Shown piece after piece: positions 27,410 through 37,390 of a stretch of 38,067 bases of DNA (positions are counted from its first letter, which is position 1; every line of letters starts with the position of its first letter). The notes beneath the pieces are model-generated. The model was not told where the DNA came from and ran no database searches. It saw only the letters and a program-made list of their open reading frames with translations. The stretch is from positions 1-38,067 of the forward strand of contig JBFESM010000001.1 in assembly GCA_041548445.1 (NCBI GenBank), in the 5' to 3' direction. A program made the position numbers and the translations under genes. The DNA is from Methanothrix sp. (GTDB lineage Archaea > Halobacteriota > Methanosarcinia > Methanotrichales > Methanotrichaceae).

Positions 27410-28456
27410 TCAACGGTTTATCTTGTACCTTGTGATCGCCGCAACACCACCCAGAGCCTCGAGCCTCTTTCCGGGCTCAAACTCCGAGCTGAAGACGACG
27501 ACCCGTCCTCGAGAGTCCGAGACAAACCTCATCAGCTCGTCCATCTCGGGCTTTCGAACAAGCTCGCCTGAAACCATCAGCGTCTCGACGGCCCCCTGCT
27601 CCGCGGCCACCCTCACCTCGGCGGGACCGTAAGCGGCCCTGCCATCGGTGGCGATCTCTCGGAGCAGGTCCTCGATGAGGGTAGTCTCCTGGGCAAGGCG
27701 GCTCTCCTCCAGGATCTTGTCTATGGCGCCCCGCCGGAGGACCTCCTGGAACCCCGAGACTCCCATGGTGGTGGCATCGTACAGGACGATCCTCGAAGCG
27801 AGGTCAGGGTAGGTGGCGTCGATCCTCTTTTTGAGATCCTCCTTGGTGAATCCGGGACCTGCCAGGATAACCCTCGAACCGGAGACGGCAACCCTGTTGA
27901 GCTCCTTTGCAGACTCGTCCAGAAACTCGGACCTGCGGTCGCCTCCTTTGCCGCCCATGCCCTTGCCACCACCCATCTTGATCTCCGAGGCAGTCTCGAC
28001 GCCGAACTGCCGGAGGACCCCGATCGCCGCCTCCCCCTCCTCGATCAGGCCGATCACCACCCTCGGCCGTTTCGCCTCGGCCACAGCCTCCTTGATCCGC
28101 GCAAATTCGTCAGGCCGCCACCTCTTGATGATCGAGACGTTGGTTCCCGGCTCCAGGTTCAAGGTGTGGTAGGAGGCAACGTCCGGCCCCACCTCGATCA
28201 CCCCGTGGACCCGGAGCCAGTTGGAGTGGGTGTGAAACTCGATCGACTCCGCCCTTATGCCGAGCCTCACGGGCCTTCGCTCAAGCTTCTCAGGCCGGAG
28301 CTTGTCGGCAGAGGCGGTCGCCTTTCGGTGGGTGAGAGCGAAGACGAGGTCGCCAGGAGCTATCAGGTACTTGAGGTGCCAGAGGTCGTCGATCGACTCG
28401 GGCACCAGAGATATCTCCCCCTCCTCGCCGCGCAGGCTCGTTTTCAGAACGCGCAT
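27410..28456 (-). CDS. pelA: mRNA surveillance / ribosome rescue protein pelota
   Basis: PESIDDLWHL, YHTLN, LAGPGFTK, LGGVAAITRY. Confidence 0.96.
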   Translation of the reverse strand: MRVLKTSLRGEEGEISLVPESIDDLWHLKYLIAPGDLVFALTHRKATASADKLRPEKLERRPVRLGIRAESIEFHTHSNWLRVHGVIEVGPDVASYHTLNLEPGTNVSIIKRWRPDEFARIKEAVAEAKRPRVVIGLIEEGEAAIGVLRQFGVETASEIKMGGGKGMGGKGGDRRSEFLDESAKELNRVAVSGSRVILAGPGFTKEDLKKRIDATYPDLASRIVLYDATTMGVSGFQEVLRRGAIDKILEESRLAQETTLIEDLLREIATDGRAAYGPAEVRVAAEQGAVETLMVSGELVRKPEMDELMRFVSDSRGRVVVFSSEFEPGKRLEALGGVAAITRYKINR

Positions 28457-28472
28457 GAGGTACCCTTCTGAT

Positions 28473-28486
28473 CAAAAGGCTTAAAT
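28473..28486 (+). promoter_or_regulatory. Putative BRE/TATA promoter of the tRNA-Asn/tRNA-Ile2 pair
   Basis: CAAAAGG-C-TTAAAT about 27 nt upstream of tRNA-Asn. Confidence 0.55.
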
Positions 28487-28512
28487 GGATTGCCTGAAAA
28501 GGCAGGGTTCGA

Positions 28513-28585
28513 GCCGCCATAACTCAGTTGGTAGAGTGTCTGGCTGTTAACCAGATCGTCACAGGTTCGAGCCCTGTTGGCGGCG
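28513..28585 (+). tRNA. tRNA-Asn(GTT)
   Basis: GCCGCCA/TGGCGGC acceptor stem, G discriminator; TCTGG-CTGTTAA-CCAGA. Confidence 0.96.
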
Positions 28586-28606
28586 TCTTAAAAAAAAACG
28601 TTTCTT

Positions 28607-28681
28607 GGGCCTGTAGCTTAGTCCGGTTAGAGCGCTCGGCTCATAACCGAGCGGTCGCCGGTTCAAATCCGGCCAGGCCCA
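28607..28681 (+). tRNA. tRNA with CAT anticodon, most likely tRNA-Ile2 (agmatidine-modified)
   Basis: GGGCCTG/CAGGCCC acceptor stem, A discriminator; CTCGG-CTCATAA-CCGAG. It lacks the initiator A1-U72 pair and three G-C anticodon pairs; the GGGCC acceptor and tRNA-Asn linkage fit archaeal Ile2. Confidence 0.85.
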
Positions 28682-28705
28682 TCTTCTCAAAATAAGCTCA
28701 AAAAA

Positions 28706-30922
28706 TCAGCAGCCTGAAGCCTCTTCTGCCAAGGTTTTGGCGACAGCTTGCCAGGATGATATCTTCTTCTTGTTCAGCCCCGTCTTCTCGGCCAGGAACT
28801 CAGCCTCGGCTCCGGCGAGATCGATAGCGGTCTTGATCCCTGCAGCTCCGAGCTTCTCCAAGGTCTTGGGGCCGATCCCCGGGATTTTGGCGAGAGCGTC
28901 GACCTCGGCCTTCTTCTTCGCCTCCTCGGCCTTCTTCGCCTGCCACTGGTCGAAGTTGCATTTGGGACAGCCCAGGTCCCAGGGTCGTTTGCCCTTGTTG
29001 ATTATGCGGATGTGGTACATCCCATGCTCTTCACAGACCTTGTCGGTGACGATGATCATACCGAACTTGGGTAGGGGGAGCGTGTTGGTGCAGTCGGGGT
29101 AGCCCGTACATCCGATGAACCTGCTGCCGCGCCGTCCCCTCCTGATGATAAGCTCCTTGCCGCAGGAAGGACAAGTGCCCACGATCTTGTCGGTCCGAAG
29201 CCCCTCTCGAAGGGAGGTCTCTATCTCCTCCTTGTGCTTGAGAAGATCATCGAAGACGGCGTCCAGCATCGACCTCGACTCCTCGACCACCTCTCCTTCC
29301 CCAATACGACGCTCGGCGATCTTAGTCATCCCCTCCTCCAGAGTCCGGGTCATCTCCGGTTTGGTGATGGTGGGCGAATGGCGTTCGAGGGCCTCGATCA
29401 CTGCATAAGCTGTGTTCGTCGGCTTCATGGGGTTTCCGTGAACGTAGGCTCTCGCGTAAAGCTTGCTTATTATCTCGTGTCTCGTCGACTTCGTCCCCAG
29501 GCCCAGCTCATCCATCAGCTTCACGAGCCTGCCCTGACCGTATCTCGAGGGCGGCTGAGTCTCCTTGTCGACGATCTCTTTTCCGAGGACCGAAAGCTTC
29601 TCCCCTTCAGCGAGCTCGGGCAGGATCTGCTCTGCAGCCTTGCTGTAGGGGTAGCATGCTCTCCATCCGGCCTCGATCTGTCGAGCGCCCATCGCTTTGA
29701 AAGGCTCGCCGCCGATGTCCAGCTTGACTTTCATGACGATCCATTTGGAGGGATCGGATAGGGTCGCCAAAAAGCGCCTTACAACCAGCTCGTAGATCTT
29801 CCACTGGTCGTCCTTCATATCCTTCTTGGTGGCTAAGGCCGTCGGGTATATGGGGGGGTGGTCCGTCGATTCCCTCTTTCCCCTCGTCGGCACCATCGGC
29901 CCTTTCAGCACCATCTCGGCGTCTTTCCGGAACGGCCCCTTCTTGAAGATCGAGACGAGGGCCAACAGGTCTAGGGAGGCCGGATAGACCGTGTTTTCTG
30001 TTCTGGGGTAGCTTATGAACCCGCTCGTGTAAAGCCACTCTGCGATCCTCATGGCGTTGGCTGCGGAAAAGCCGATGCCGCTTGCGGCGCTGATGAAGGC
30101 GGTGGTGTCGAAGGGGGCAGGGGGCCTGTCGGTCCTCGCCCTCTCCTTTATGGAGACCACCCCGGCGACGTCGCCTAGGCCGTCAAATATCGATCTCGCC
30201 AGTTCGCCGTCCCAGATCCTGCCCTTTTCGTGCTTGACCCGGAGGTCCTTTTCGAGGTCGGCGTAGATCTCCCAGTAAGGCTGGGGCTTGAAGGCCTCGA
30301 TCTCCTTCTCCCGATCGACGATCAGGGCCAGGGTCGGCGACTGGACCCTCCCCACCGATAAAAAGCCCTTCCCGAGCCTTCCCGCGGTGATGGATATGAA
30401 CCTGGTCAGGGCCGCACCCCAGATCAGGTCCACAACCTGCCTCGCCTCCCCTGACGAGGCGAGATCATAGTCCACCTCTCCAGGAGAACCGAAGGAGTCC
30501 AAGATCTCGCCTTTAGTTATGGCGCTGAACTTGACCCTGTCGGCTTTGATCTTGGGGTTCGCCTCTTCGGCTATCCGGAGCGCCTCGACACCGATCAGCT
30601 CCCCCTCCCGGTCGTAGTCGGTGGCTATGGTGATCCGGTCTGCATCCTCTCCGAGATCGTGGAGGGCGGATACTATCTTCTCCTGGGTTGGCTTGGTCAC
30701 CACCTGGGCGTGGATCAGGTCTCTGTAGTCCACCTTCTGCCAGTTGTTGTACCCGGGCGGGTAGTCCACCCCGACGATATGGCCGGAAAGGCCCATCACC
30801 ACCTTGTCATCGAAATGAAAGGTCTCGATCCCGTGGACTCTTTTGACCTTGGGCTTCGAGCTGGCGAGAATATGGGCGATCCGCTTGGCCACATTGTGCT
30901 TTTCCGCAATGATGAGATGCAT
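28706..30922 (-). CDS. topA: DNA topoisomerase I (type IA)
   Basis: TOPRIM (IIAEK, ATDYDREGE), SVGRVQSPTL, ISYPRT catalytic Tyr, C-terminal Zn finger and HhH. Confidence 0.97.
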   Translation of the reverse strand: MHLIIAEKHNVAKRIAHILASSKPKVKRVHGIETFHFDDKVVMGLSGHIVGVDYPPGYNNWQKVDYRDLIHAQVVTKPTQEKIVSALHDLGEDADRITIATDYDREGELIGVEALRIAEEANPKIKADRVKFSAITKGEILDSFGSPGEVDYDLASSGEARQVVDLIWGAALTRFISITAGRLGKGFLSVGRVQSPTLALIVDREKEIEAFKPQPYWEIYADLEKDLRVKHEKGRIWDGELARSIFDGLGDVAGVVSIKERARTDRPPAPFDTTAFISAASGIGFSAANAMRIAEWLYTSGFISYPRTENTVYPASLDLLALVSIFKKGPFRKDAEMVLKGPMVPTRGKRESTDHPPIYPTALATKKDMKDDQWKIYELVVRRFLATLSDPSKWIVMKVKLDIGGEPFKAMGARQIEAGWRACYPYSKAAEQILPELAEGEKLSVLGKEIVDKETQPPSRYGQGRLVKLMDELGLGTKSTRHEIISKLYARAYVHGNPMKPTNTAYAVIEALERHSPTITKPEMTRTLEEGMTKIAERRIGEGEVVEESRSMLDAVFDDLLKHKEEIETSLREGLRTDKIVGTCPSCGKELIIRRGRRGSRFIGCTGYPDCTNTLPLPKFGMIIVTDKVCEEHGMYHIRIINKGKRPWDLGCPKCNFDQWQAKKAEEAKKKAEVDALAKIPGIGPKTLEKLGAAGIKTAIDLAGAEAEFLAEKTGLNKKKISSWQAVAKTLAEEASGC

Positions 30923-31402
30923 CCGATCTCCGCCAGTTCCGGAGATAATATAAGTATTTATCGCAGACTTCGGTCATCGTGCTGAAGAGCACGTGGAAGA
31001 TGCGTGCTATGCAGGCGTTTTTTCATCGCCCGTTTTCAAATTCTCTTTTATCCCGGATTTCGCGCGCCCCTCGCGGCGCCTTTCGACCGTCAGTTTACAG
31101 ATAATACATATTATGTGCAAACGGTCAGAGACTGTCAAACTCGTGTAACACAATTACATACATTCAGTATTCATTTTCCAAAATTTGACTTGATATGTGA
31201 TGTTCACAAAGAGTACGGCAAGATTATTATATAGACATGTTTCGATCATAAAACTGATTAATTCGATCATTTAGTCCACATTATCAGGACATATTATCAG
31301 TATATAGCCCGATTTGTTCGCATAGCTTTTTTTGCAATTTCTCGGATTCCGGAGACCATATTTCTACATATTCGAATAAATGCATTGTTATGAAATGCGT
31401 CG

Positions 31403-31419
31403 CGCAAAAACTTTAAGTA
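31403..31419 (+). promoter_or_regulatory. Putative BRE/TATA promoter of the mcr operon
   Basis: CGCAAAAA-C-TTTAAGTA about 150 nt upstream of mcrB, implying a 5' UTR of about 125 nt. Confidence 0.6.
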
Positions 31420-31568
31420 GCGATATCGCCATGTGAGGTTAGGCGGGAGACTGTAATAGAGAGGATCGTTGCCGGGTATGATAACACAGGAGAGTATATC
31501 ATACCGTTCGCTCCGGCAGCCCTGATTCGTCCAGTTTTCTGCTAAAAAGGTAAAGGAGGAAAAAGAAC

Positions 31569-32873
31569 GTGTCTGACAAAATAGACCTCTATAGTGACCG
31601 TGGCGTTCTTTTAAAGAGTGACGTTGACCTGAGCGCCGTCAGCCCACTCAAGAACGCGGCGATGAAGAAACTGATCAACCTGACCAAGCGAACCGTTGCG
31701 GTCAACCTGGCAGGAATCGAGAACAATCTGAAGGCCGGAAAGGTCGGAGGACAGGGCAGGCAGATCAAGGGACGCGAGCTCAAGTACGACGTCACCGCCA
31801 ACGCTGACGCCCTCGCCGCCGACATCAAGAAACTGCTCCAGGTCGAAGAGGGAGACGACACCAACGTCCAGGTTCTGGGCGGAGGAAAGCAGCTTCTCGT
31901 CCAGATACCCCAGGCAAGGGTTGACGTCGCTGCAGAGTTCGTGGTCGGTATGACCGCCGCGGCGGCCGCCACCACCGAGGCGCTCGTCACTAAGTTCAAG
32001 ACCAGCATGTACGACGCCCCCATGGTCCACGCAGCAGTTTGGGGCCAGTACCCACAGACCGTCCCCATGTCCGGCGGAAATATCGCGTCTGTTCTCAACA
32101 TCCCCCAGAACGATGAAGGTCTCGGCTTCGCTCTGAGAAACATCATGGCAAACCACATTGCAATCATCACCAAGAAGAACGCCATGAACGCCGCCGCTCT
32201 GTCATCCATCCTCGAGCAGATCGGAAACTTCGAGATGGGCAACGCTATGGGCATCTTCGAGAGGTACCAGATGCTCGGACTCGCCTACCAGGGCCTGAAC
32301 GCCAACAACATGGTCTACGACCTGGTCAAGACCAACGGCAAGACCGGAACCATCGGAACTGTAGTCCAGAGCGTCGTCGAGAGAGCCATCGAGGACAAGG
32401 TCATCAAGGCTGGCGAGAAACTCCCCTCCGGATTCGTCATGTATGAGGCTAACGACGTCCCGAAGTGGAACGCATACTGCGCAGCAGGCACCCTGGCAGC
32501 AACCATGGTCAACTGCGGTGCTCTCAGAGGCGCTCAGGCAGTATCCTCAACCCTGCTCTACTTCAACGACGTAATGGAGAAAGAGACTGCTCTGCCCGGC
32601 TGCGACTGGGGCAAGGTCATGGGAACCGCTGTCGGTTTCTCCTTCTTCAGCCACTCCATCTACGGCGGCGGCGGACCCGGCGTCTTCAACGGCAACCACG
32701 TCGTGACGAGGCACTCCAGAGGATTCGCCATCCCCTGCGTGTGCGCTGCAGTTGCCCTCGACGCTGGTACTCAGATGTTCACTCCGGAGATGACTTCCGG
32801 ACTGGTTGGAGCCATCTACGGTGAGATCAAGGAGTTCCGCGAGCCTATCGTCTCAGTTGCGGAGGCTGTATAG
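31569..32873 (+). CDS. mcrB: Methyl-coenzyme M reductase beta subunit
   Basis: [34 protein letters not shown]; GTG start after AAGGAGGA. Confidence 0.99.
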   Translation: MSDKIDLYSDRGVLLKSDVDLSAVSPLKNAAMKKLINLTKRTVAVNLAGIENNLKAGKVGGQGRQIKGRELKYDVTANADALAADIKKLLQVEEGDDTNVQVLGGGKQLLVQIPQARVDVAAEFVVGMTAAAAATTEALVTKFKTSMYDAPMVHAAVWGQYPQTVPMSGGNIASVLNIPQNDEGLGFALRNIMANHIAIITKKNAMNAAALSSILEQIGNFEMGNAMGIFERYQMLGLAYQGLNANNMVYDLVKTNGKTGTIGTVVQSVVERAIEDKVIKAGEKLPSGFVMYEANDVPKWNAYCAAGTLAATMVNCGALRGAQAVSSTLLYFNDVMEKETALPGCDWGKVMGTAVGFSFFSHSIYGGGGPGVFNGNHVVTRHSRGFAIPCVCAAVALDAGTQMFTPEMTSGLVGAIYGEIKEFREPIVSVAEAV

Positions 32874-32888
32874 ATAGGTTGAGTATGC

Positions 32889-33383
32889 ATGGTCACTAAA
32901 TCAGACACTGAACCGGTCCAGATTGAGATATTCCCCAGAAGGTTTCTCAACCCGGATACCGCCCAGCGCCTGCTCGATGAGATATACAGATCGGGGGGCG
33001 TTCTCCGGATCATGATCCAGGGGCCGAACCTTCCAAGGTCGATCCCCTATGGCCCAGGCAAAGGCCTGCCCATAGAGGAACACAAGAACCTGCTCCTCGA
33101 ACTGGGGGACCAGGCCCTTGAGCTGAGGGTGAAGGTGGGCAGGATCGGGCTGGAGCTGGAGAGCGAAGATCATATTGAGGGCATCAGAGCAGCGTGTGAG
33201 CGAACGTTGCCCTTCACCTTCAGTATTAAGAAAAGGCAGCTCTTCCACACCAGGCCTACCGTCTCGGACTACGCCAAGTACGGGGCCGAGGTGGATGACA
33301 AGAGGATACTTGGACTGGTCGATCCGAAGGCCAAAAAGGAGAGGAACTTGGCCATGTTGTCTGATAGCAGAGGTGACTCGTAA
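32889..33383 (+). CDS. mcrD: Methyl-coenzyme M reductase operon protein D
   Basis: QIEIFPRRFL, GPNLP-PYGPGKG, PTVSDYAKYG, GLVDP. Confidence 0.96.
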   Translation: MVTKSDTEPVQIEIFPRRFLNPDTAQRLLDEIYRSGGVLRIMIQGPNLPRSIPYGPGKGLPIEEHKNLLLELGDQALELRVKVGRIGLELESEDHIEGIRAACERTLPFTFSIKKRQLFHTRPTVSDYAKYGAEVDDKRILGLVDPKAKKERNLAMLSDSRGDS

Positions 33384-33407
33384 CATTTTCACAAGGAGGT
33401 TTAGGAT

Positions 33408-34154
33408 ATGGCATACAAACCCCAATTTTATCCCGGCACTACGTCTGTTGGAGTGAACAGGCGCAAGCACATGTCTGGCGATCTGGAGAAGCTGAGAGAC
33501 ATCTCCGACGCCGACGTCGTAACCGTAATGGGCCACAGGGCACCTGGTGCAGACTACCCAAGCACCCACCCGCCCCTGGCCGAGATGGGAGAGCCCGACT
33601 GCCCCGTAAGGCAGCTCGTAACCCCAACCCCCGGCGCAGCGGCTGGAGACAGGATCAGATACTCCCAGTTCGCCGACTCCATGTACAACGCTCCCGCCAT
33701 CCCCTACTTCAGGAGCTACTGGGGAGCCATCAACTGCAGAGGATGCGACCCAGGAACCCTATCCGGCCGACAGATCATCGAGGCCAGAGAGAGAGACATA
33801 GAACAGTACACAAAGGTCCAGATGGACTCTGAGATGACCGACGTGGCTCTCTCTTCCATGAGAGGCTGTACAGTCCACGGCCACTCCCTGAGGCTCGCCG
33901 AGGACGGCATGATGTTCGACATGCTGGCCAGAACTGAGATGGGATCTGACGGAAACGTCTCCTACGTCAAAGACCAGGTCGGAATCCCCCTGGACAGGAA
34001 GGTCAACGTTGGAAAGCCGATGAGCGATTCTGAGGTCTCCAAGAGGACCACTATCTTCAGGTCTGACAACATCTCCTTCCGCGGCGATGAGGGATTGAAG
34101 GCTCTGCACCACATGTGGGATCGGAGAAGCAAGTGGGGCTTCAGGCCAGAGTAA
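33408..34154 (+). CDS. mcrG: Methyl-coenzyme M reductase gamma subunit
   Basis: PQFYPG, GHRAPG, DPGTLSGRQ, VHGHSLRL. Confidence 0.99.
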   Translation: MAYKPQFYPGTTSVGVNRRKHMSGDLEKLRDISDADVVTVMGHRAPGADYPSTHPPLAEMGEPDCPVRQLVTPTPGAAAGDRIRYSQFADSMYNAPAIPYFRSYWGAINCRGCDPGTLSGRQIIEARERDIEQYTKVQMDSEMTDVALSSMRGCTVHGHSLRLAEDGMMFDMLARTEMGSDGNVSYVKDQVGIPLDRKVNVGKPMSDSEVSKRTTIFRSDNISFRGDEGLKALHHMWDRRSKWGFRPE

Positions 34155-34170
34155 ATGGTGGTGAGATAAG

Positions 34171-35850
34171 ATGGGAAAAATTCACACTAAGAAGCTTTTC
34201 GTAAAGGCTCTCAACAAGAAGTTCGGAAAGGACTTCGACCTTTCTGGAAAGACGACCACTTATGAGAGGAAGGGTCCGACCCAGAACGCTCGTAAAGTGG
34301 AGTTCATGGAGGCGGCAAAGAAGCTGGAGGGCAAGAGAGGCATATCCGGATACAATCCGTACGTCCACGCCGGCGGCGTGCCGCTGGGCCAGAGGCAGCT
34401 CGTCCCCTACAAGCTCTCCACCACGGAGTATGTAGTAGAGGGTGACGACCTCCACTTCGTCAACAACCCCGCCATGCAGCAGATGTGGGACGACATCCGG
34501 AGGACCATCGTGGTCGGTCTGGACATGGCCCACGAGGTGCTTGAGAAGAGGCTGGGCAAAGAGGTCACTCCCGAGACGATCAACAACTACCTTGAGATTC
34601 TGAACCACGCCATGCCCGGCGCAGCCGTGGTCCAGGAGCACATGGTCGAGACCCACCCCGCTCTCGTCGACGACTGTAACGTCAGGATCTTCACCGGCGA
34701 CGACGACCTCGCAGACGAGATCGACGACCAGTACGTCATCAACATCAACCAGCTCTTCCCCGCCGACCAGGCCGAGCAGATCAAGGCCGCCATGGGCAAG
34801 ACCACCTGGCAGGCGATCCACATCCCGACGATTGTATCGAGGACCTGTGACGGCGGTACCACATCCAGGTGGAGCGCCATGCAGCTGTCCATGACCTTCA
34901 TCGACGCCTACAACATGTGCGCCGGTGAGGCCGCTGTGGCAGACCTGGCCTTCGCCGCGAAGCACGCTGCGGTCATCCAGATGTCCGACATGCTTCCCGC
35001 GAGGAGGGCAAGAGGCCCCAACGAGCCCGGTGGACTTAGCTTCGGCTTCCTGGCTGACATGGTCCAGACCTCCAGGACAAAGGCCTTCGACCCATGTCAG
35101 GTATCCCTGAATGTGGTCGCAGCAGGAGCGATGCTCTACGACCAGATCTGGCTCGGAAGCTACATGTCCGGTGGTGTCGGGTTCACCCAGTACGCCACTG
35201 CCGCCTACACCAACGACGTTCTGGACGACTTCTGCTACTACGGCGTCGATTATGCCGTGGACAAGTACGGCGACATGGGCAGCGCGCCCCTTGACCTCGC
35301 GACCGCCAAGGACATCGCCACCGAGGCGACCCTCTACGGCATAGAGCAGTATGAGTCCTTCCCGACGGTTCTCGAAGACCACTTCGGTGGGTCCCAGAGG
35401 GCTTCCGTCCTGGCCGCGGCTTCAGGCATCTCTTCCGCCATCGCCACCGGTCACAGCCAGATCGGCCTTGCGGGCTGGTACTGCAGCATGCTGGTCCACA
35501 AGGACGCCTGGGGAAGACTCGGCTTCTTCGGATACGACCTGCAGGACCAGTGCGGTCCGACCAACGTCTTCAGCTACCAGGGCGACGAGGGGAGCCCCAC
35601 CGAGCTGAGAGGCGCGAACTATCCGAACTACGCCATGAACGTCGGTCACCAGGGCGAGTACGCAGGCATATCCTCCGCAGCTCACGCTGCCAGGCAGGAC
35701 GCCTACGCATGCAACCCTCTGATCAAGGTCTGCTTCGCGAACCCCGCTCTGGTCTTCACCTGGGACGACATCCGCAAGGGATTCGGAATGGGTGGCGCCA
35801 GAGAGTTCCGCGCGGCCGGCGAGAGATCCCTGGTCATGCCCGCAGTGTAG
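34171..35850 (+). CDS. mcrA: Methyl-coenzyme M reductase alpha subunit
   Basis: [51 protein letters not shown]. Confidence 0.99.
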   Translation: MGKIHTKKLFVKALNKKFGKDFDLSGKTTTYERKGPTQNARKVEFMEAAKKLEGKRGISGYNPYVHAGGVPLGQRQLVPYKLSTTEYVVEGDDLHFVNNPAMQQMWDDIRRTIVVGLDMAHEVLEKRLGKEVTPETINNYLEILNHAMPGAAVVQEHMVETHPALVDDCNVRIFTGDDDLADEIDDQYVININQLFPADQAEQIKAAMGKTTWQAIHIPTIVSRTCDGGTTSRWSAMQLSMTFIDAYNMCAGEAAVADLAFAAKHAAVIQMSDMLPARRARGPNEPGGLSFGFLADMVQTSRTKAFDPCQVSLNVVAAGAMLYDQIWLGSYMSGGVGFTQYATAAYTNDVLDDFCYYGVDYAVDKYGDMGSAPLDLATAKDIATEATLYGIEQYESFPTVLEDHFGGSQRASVLAAASGISSAIATGHSQIGLAGWYCSMLVHKDAWGRLGFFGYDLQDQCGPTNVFSYQGDEGSPTELRGANYPNYAMNVGHQGEYAGISSAAHAARQDAYACNPLIKVCFANPALVFTWDDIRKGFGMGGAREFRAAGERSLVMPAV

Positions 35851-35886
35851 GCGTTTCGCCTACACCCCTTTTTCAATTTTATTTTT
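35845..35886 (+). terminator. mcr operon terminator
   Basis: Hairpin gtgtaggcg-ttt-cgcctacac overlapping the mcrA stop, followed by several T tracts. Confidence 0.75.
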
Positions 35887-36056
35887 AACCATCAAGAGCA
35901 GCCGTTTTTGGTTTGTATTCTAACGTCGATTCCGAATTTAAAGCCGCTTCAGATTTGATTTAACTAGAGAAGCTGCATACCGTTCCTTGGTTAAAAGTTA
36001 AGATAAATATATTGAATAAAAAAGAAATCGTGGGGTTTATATTTTTAGGACAGATT

Positions 36057-37274
36057 TCATACGCCCAGGCCGTTGATCTCCTCGATGAGGTCGGTGAAGG
36101 CCTCAACCTCCACCTCGATCACCTCTTCGGGGGTCATGCTGATGCTCATCTCGCCGTCGACGGTGAGCCGGTCAGGGCCCCTTCTCACGAGCCTTCTGAC
36201 GCCGTCCCGTGAGAGGGCTTTTTTAATGTCCGAGTCGCAGGCCATCGCCCTTCCCGGCAGGATCACTGTCTCCTTGACGTCGGATAGGTCTAGGTCCATC
36301 ATGTCCTGGATGGTTATCAGGCAGCCGATATCCTTCTTCACAGAGACGACGTTCACATCGTCGCCGAGCTCCCCGAATATGGCCGAGAGGAGGGGGTGGG
36401 CGACGGAGCTTGTGATGAGGGTAGCGCCCTTTCGGACTGGGGGAAGCCTTGCGATCTGGTCTTTGTGGTGCGCCAGGGCGAAGGGTGAGGAGGTGACCGG
36501 GTCCCAGAGGGGGGTTCCCGCCACCCTGAAGGAGTATTTGTCGTTCGTCTCGGTGACGATATCTCGAAACTCCTCGACCGTATGAGGGACTACGCCAGGG
36601 ATGATCGGCTCGTTTCCGAGGATCAGGCCCTGTTCCCTCAAATTAGCAAACCTCATGAGGATGAGGTTTTTGACACCCATCTCCTCCAGGTCCCGGCAGG
36701 TCCGATCGAGCTCTGGACCGTCGTTGACGCCGGGGATCAGGACGGAGGCGGCGTATACGTCACAGCTCTCGGCGAAGGTCCTCAAGTTTGCCAAAGCCGC
36801 CTCCGGGTGCCGATCGTTCATGTACTTTCCTCGAAGCTCGGGGTCGGTGGAGAAGACGGTGAAGGAGACCTCCTTCACCCCGGCCTCGATCAATCCATCG
36901 GCCTCGTCTCCCTTGGTGAAGCCCTTGCCGCTGGTGTACCCGAGATGGATCGGGACGGACCCCTGCCCAACCATCCGGGCAAGCTCCAGAAGCTGGGGGT
37001 AGCAGCTGAGGTCGCCTCCGCCGCTGATGGTCACCTTGTCGGGCTTCTTGCCGAAGGTGGCTCCGGCCACCTCCATCGCCACCATCTGCATCGGCTTGAA
37101 CCCGGGGTACCCCTCCACGATCGCCCGGGAGCAGTAGTCGCAGCCCTTCTGGAAGGGGAGGCACCGCTTGCATCCCAACGGCTCGATCTTCTTTACGCCC
37201 TTGAAGTAGCAGTAGCTGCAAAACCCCTTGCAATCAAGGCCCGGTCGACCTCCAACGTCCGCAAGTATCTCCAT
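36057..37274 (-). CDS. mmp10: Methanogenesis marker protein 10, cobalamin-dependent radical SAM McrA-arginine C-methyltransferase
   Basis: [32 protein letters not shown] metal site, [33 protein letters not shown]. The real start is ATG 37274. Confidence 0.95.
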   Translation of the reverse strand: MEILADVGGRPGLDCKGFCSYCYFKGVKKIEPLGCKRCLPFQKGCDYCSRAIVEGYPGFKPMQMVAMEVAGATFGKKPDKVTISGGGDLSCYPQLLELARMVGQGSVPIHLGYTSGKGFTKGDEADGLIEAGVKEVSFTVFSTDPELRGKYMNDRHPEAALANLRTFAESCDVYAASVLIPGVNDGPELDRTCRDLEEMGVKNLILMRFANLREQGLILGNEPIIPGVVPHTVEEFRDIVTETNDKYSFRVAGTPLWDPVTSSPFALAHHKDQIARLPPVRKGATLITSSVAHPLLSAIFGELGDDVNVVSVKKDIGCLITIQDMMDLDLSDVKETVILPGRAMACDSDIKKALSRDGVRRLVRRGPDRLTVDGEMSISMTPEEVIEVEVEAFTDLIEEINGLGV

Positions 37275-37390
37275 CCAGCAACTCTCCGGTTTACCATCGG
37301 TCGGGGAGTAAAAAGCCTTTGCGGGCTGATGGATGCTGGAAAACTGATGCCGGAAAACTATTAGTAGGTTGAAGAAGACCAGAGAGGAGT

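Noticed and set aside
28607-28681. Calling the CAT tRNA initiator or elongator Met
   Set aside because: It lacks initiator hallmarks, and the acceptor stem and tRNA-Asn linkage fit Ile2 better. Not fully excluded without a covariance model.
30923-31400. AT-rich spacer as a replication origin; 76-aa ORF at 31004-31234
   Set aside because: No adjacent cdc6/orc1 and no recognisable ORB boxes. The ORF has atypical composition and no SD, so the region is better explained as divergent promoters.
34141-35382. 413-aa - strand ORF and other long ORFs opposite mcr, topA, secY and ribosomal genes
   Set aside because: These are antisense shadows caused by strong codon bias in GC-rich, highly expressed genes.
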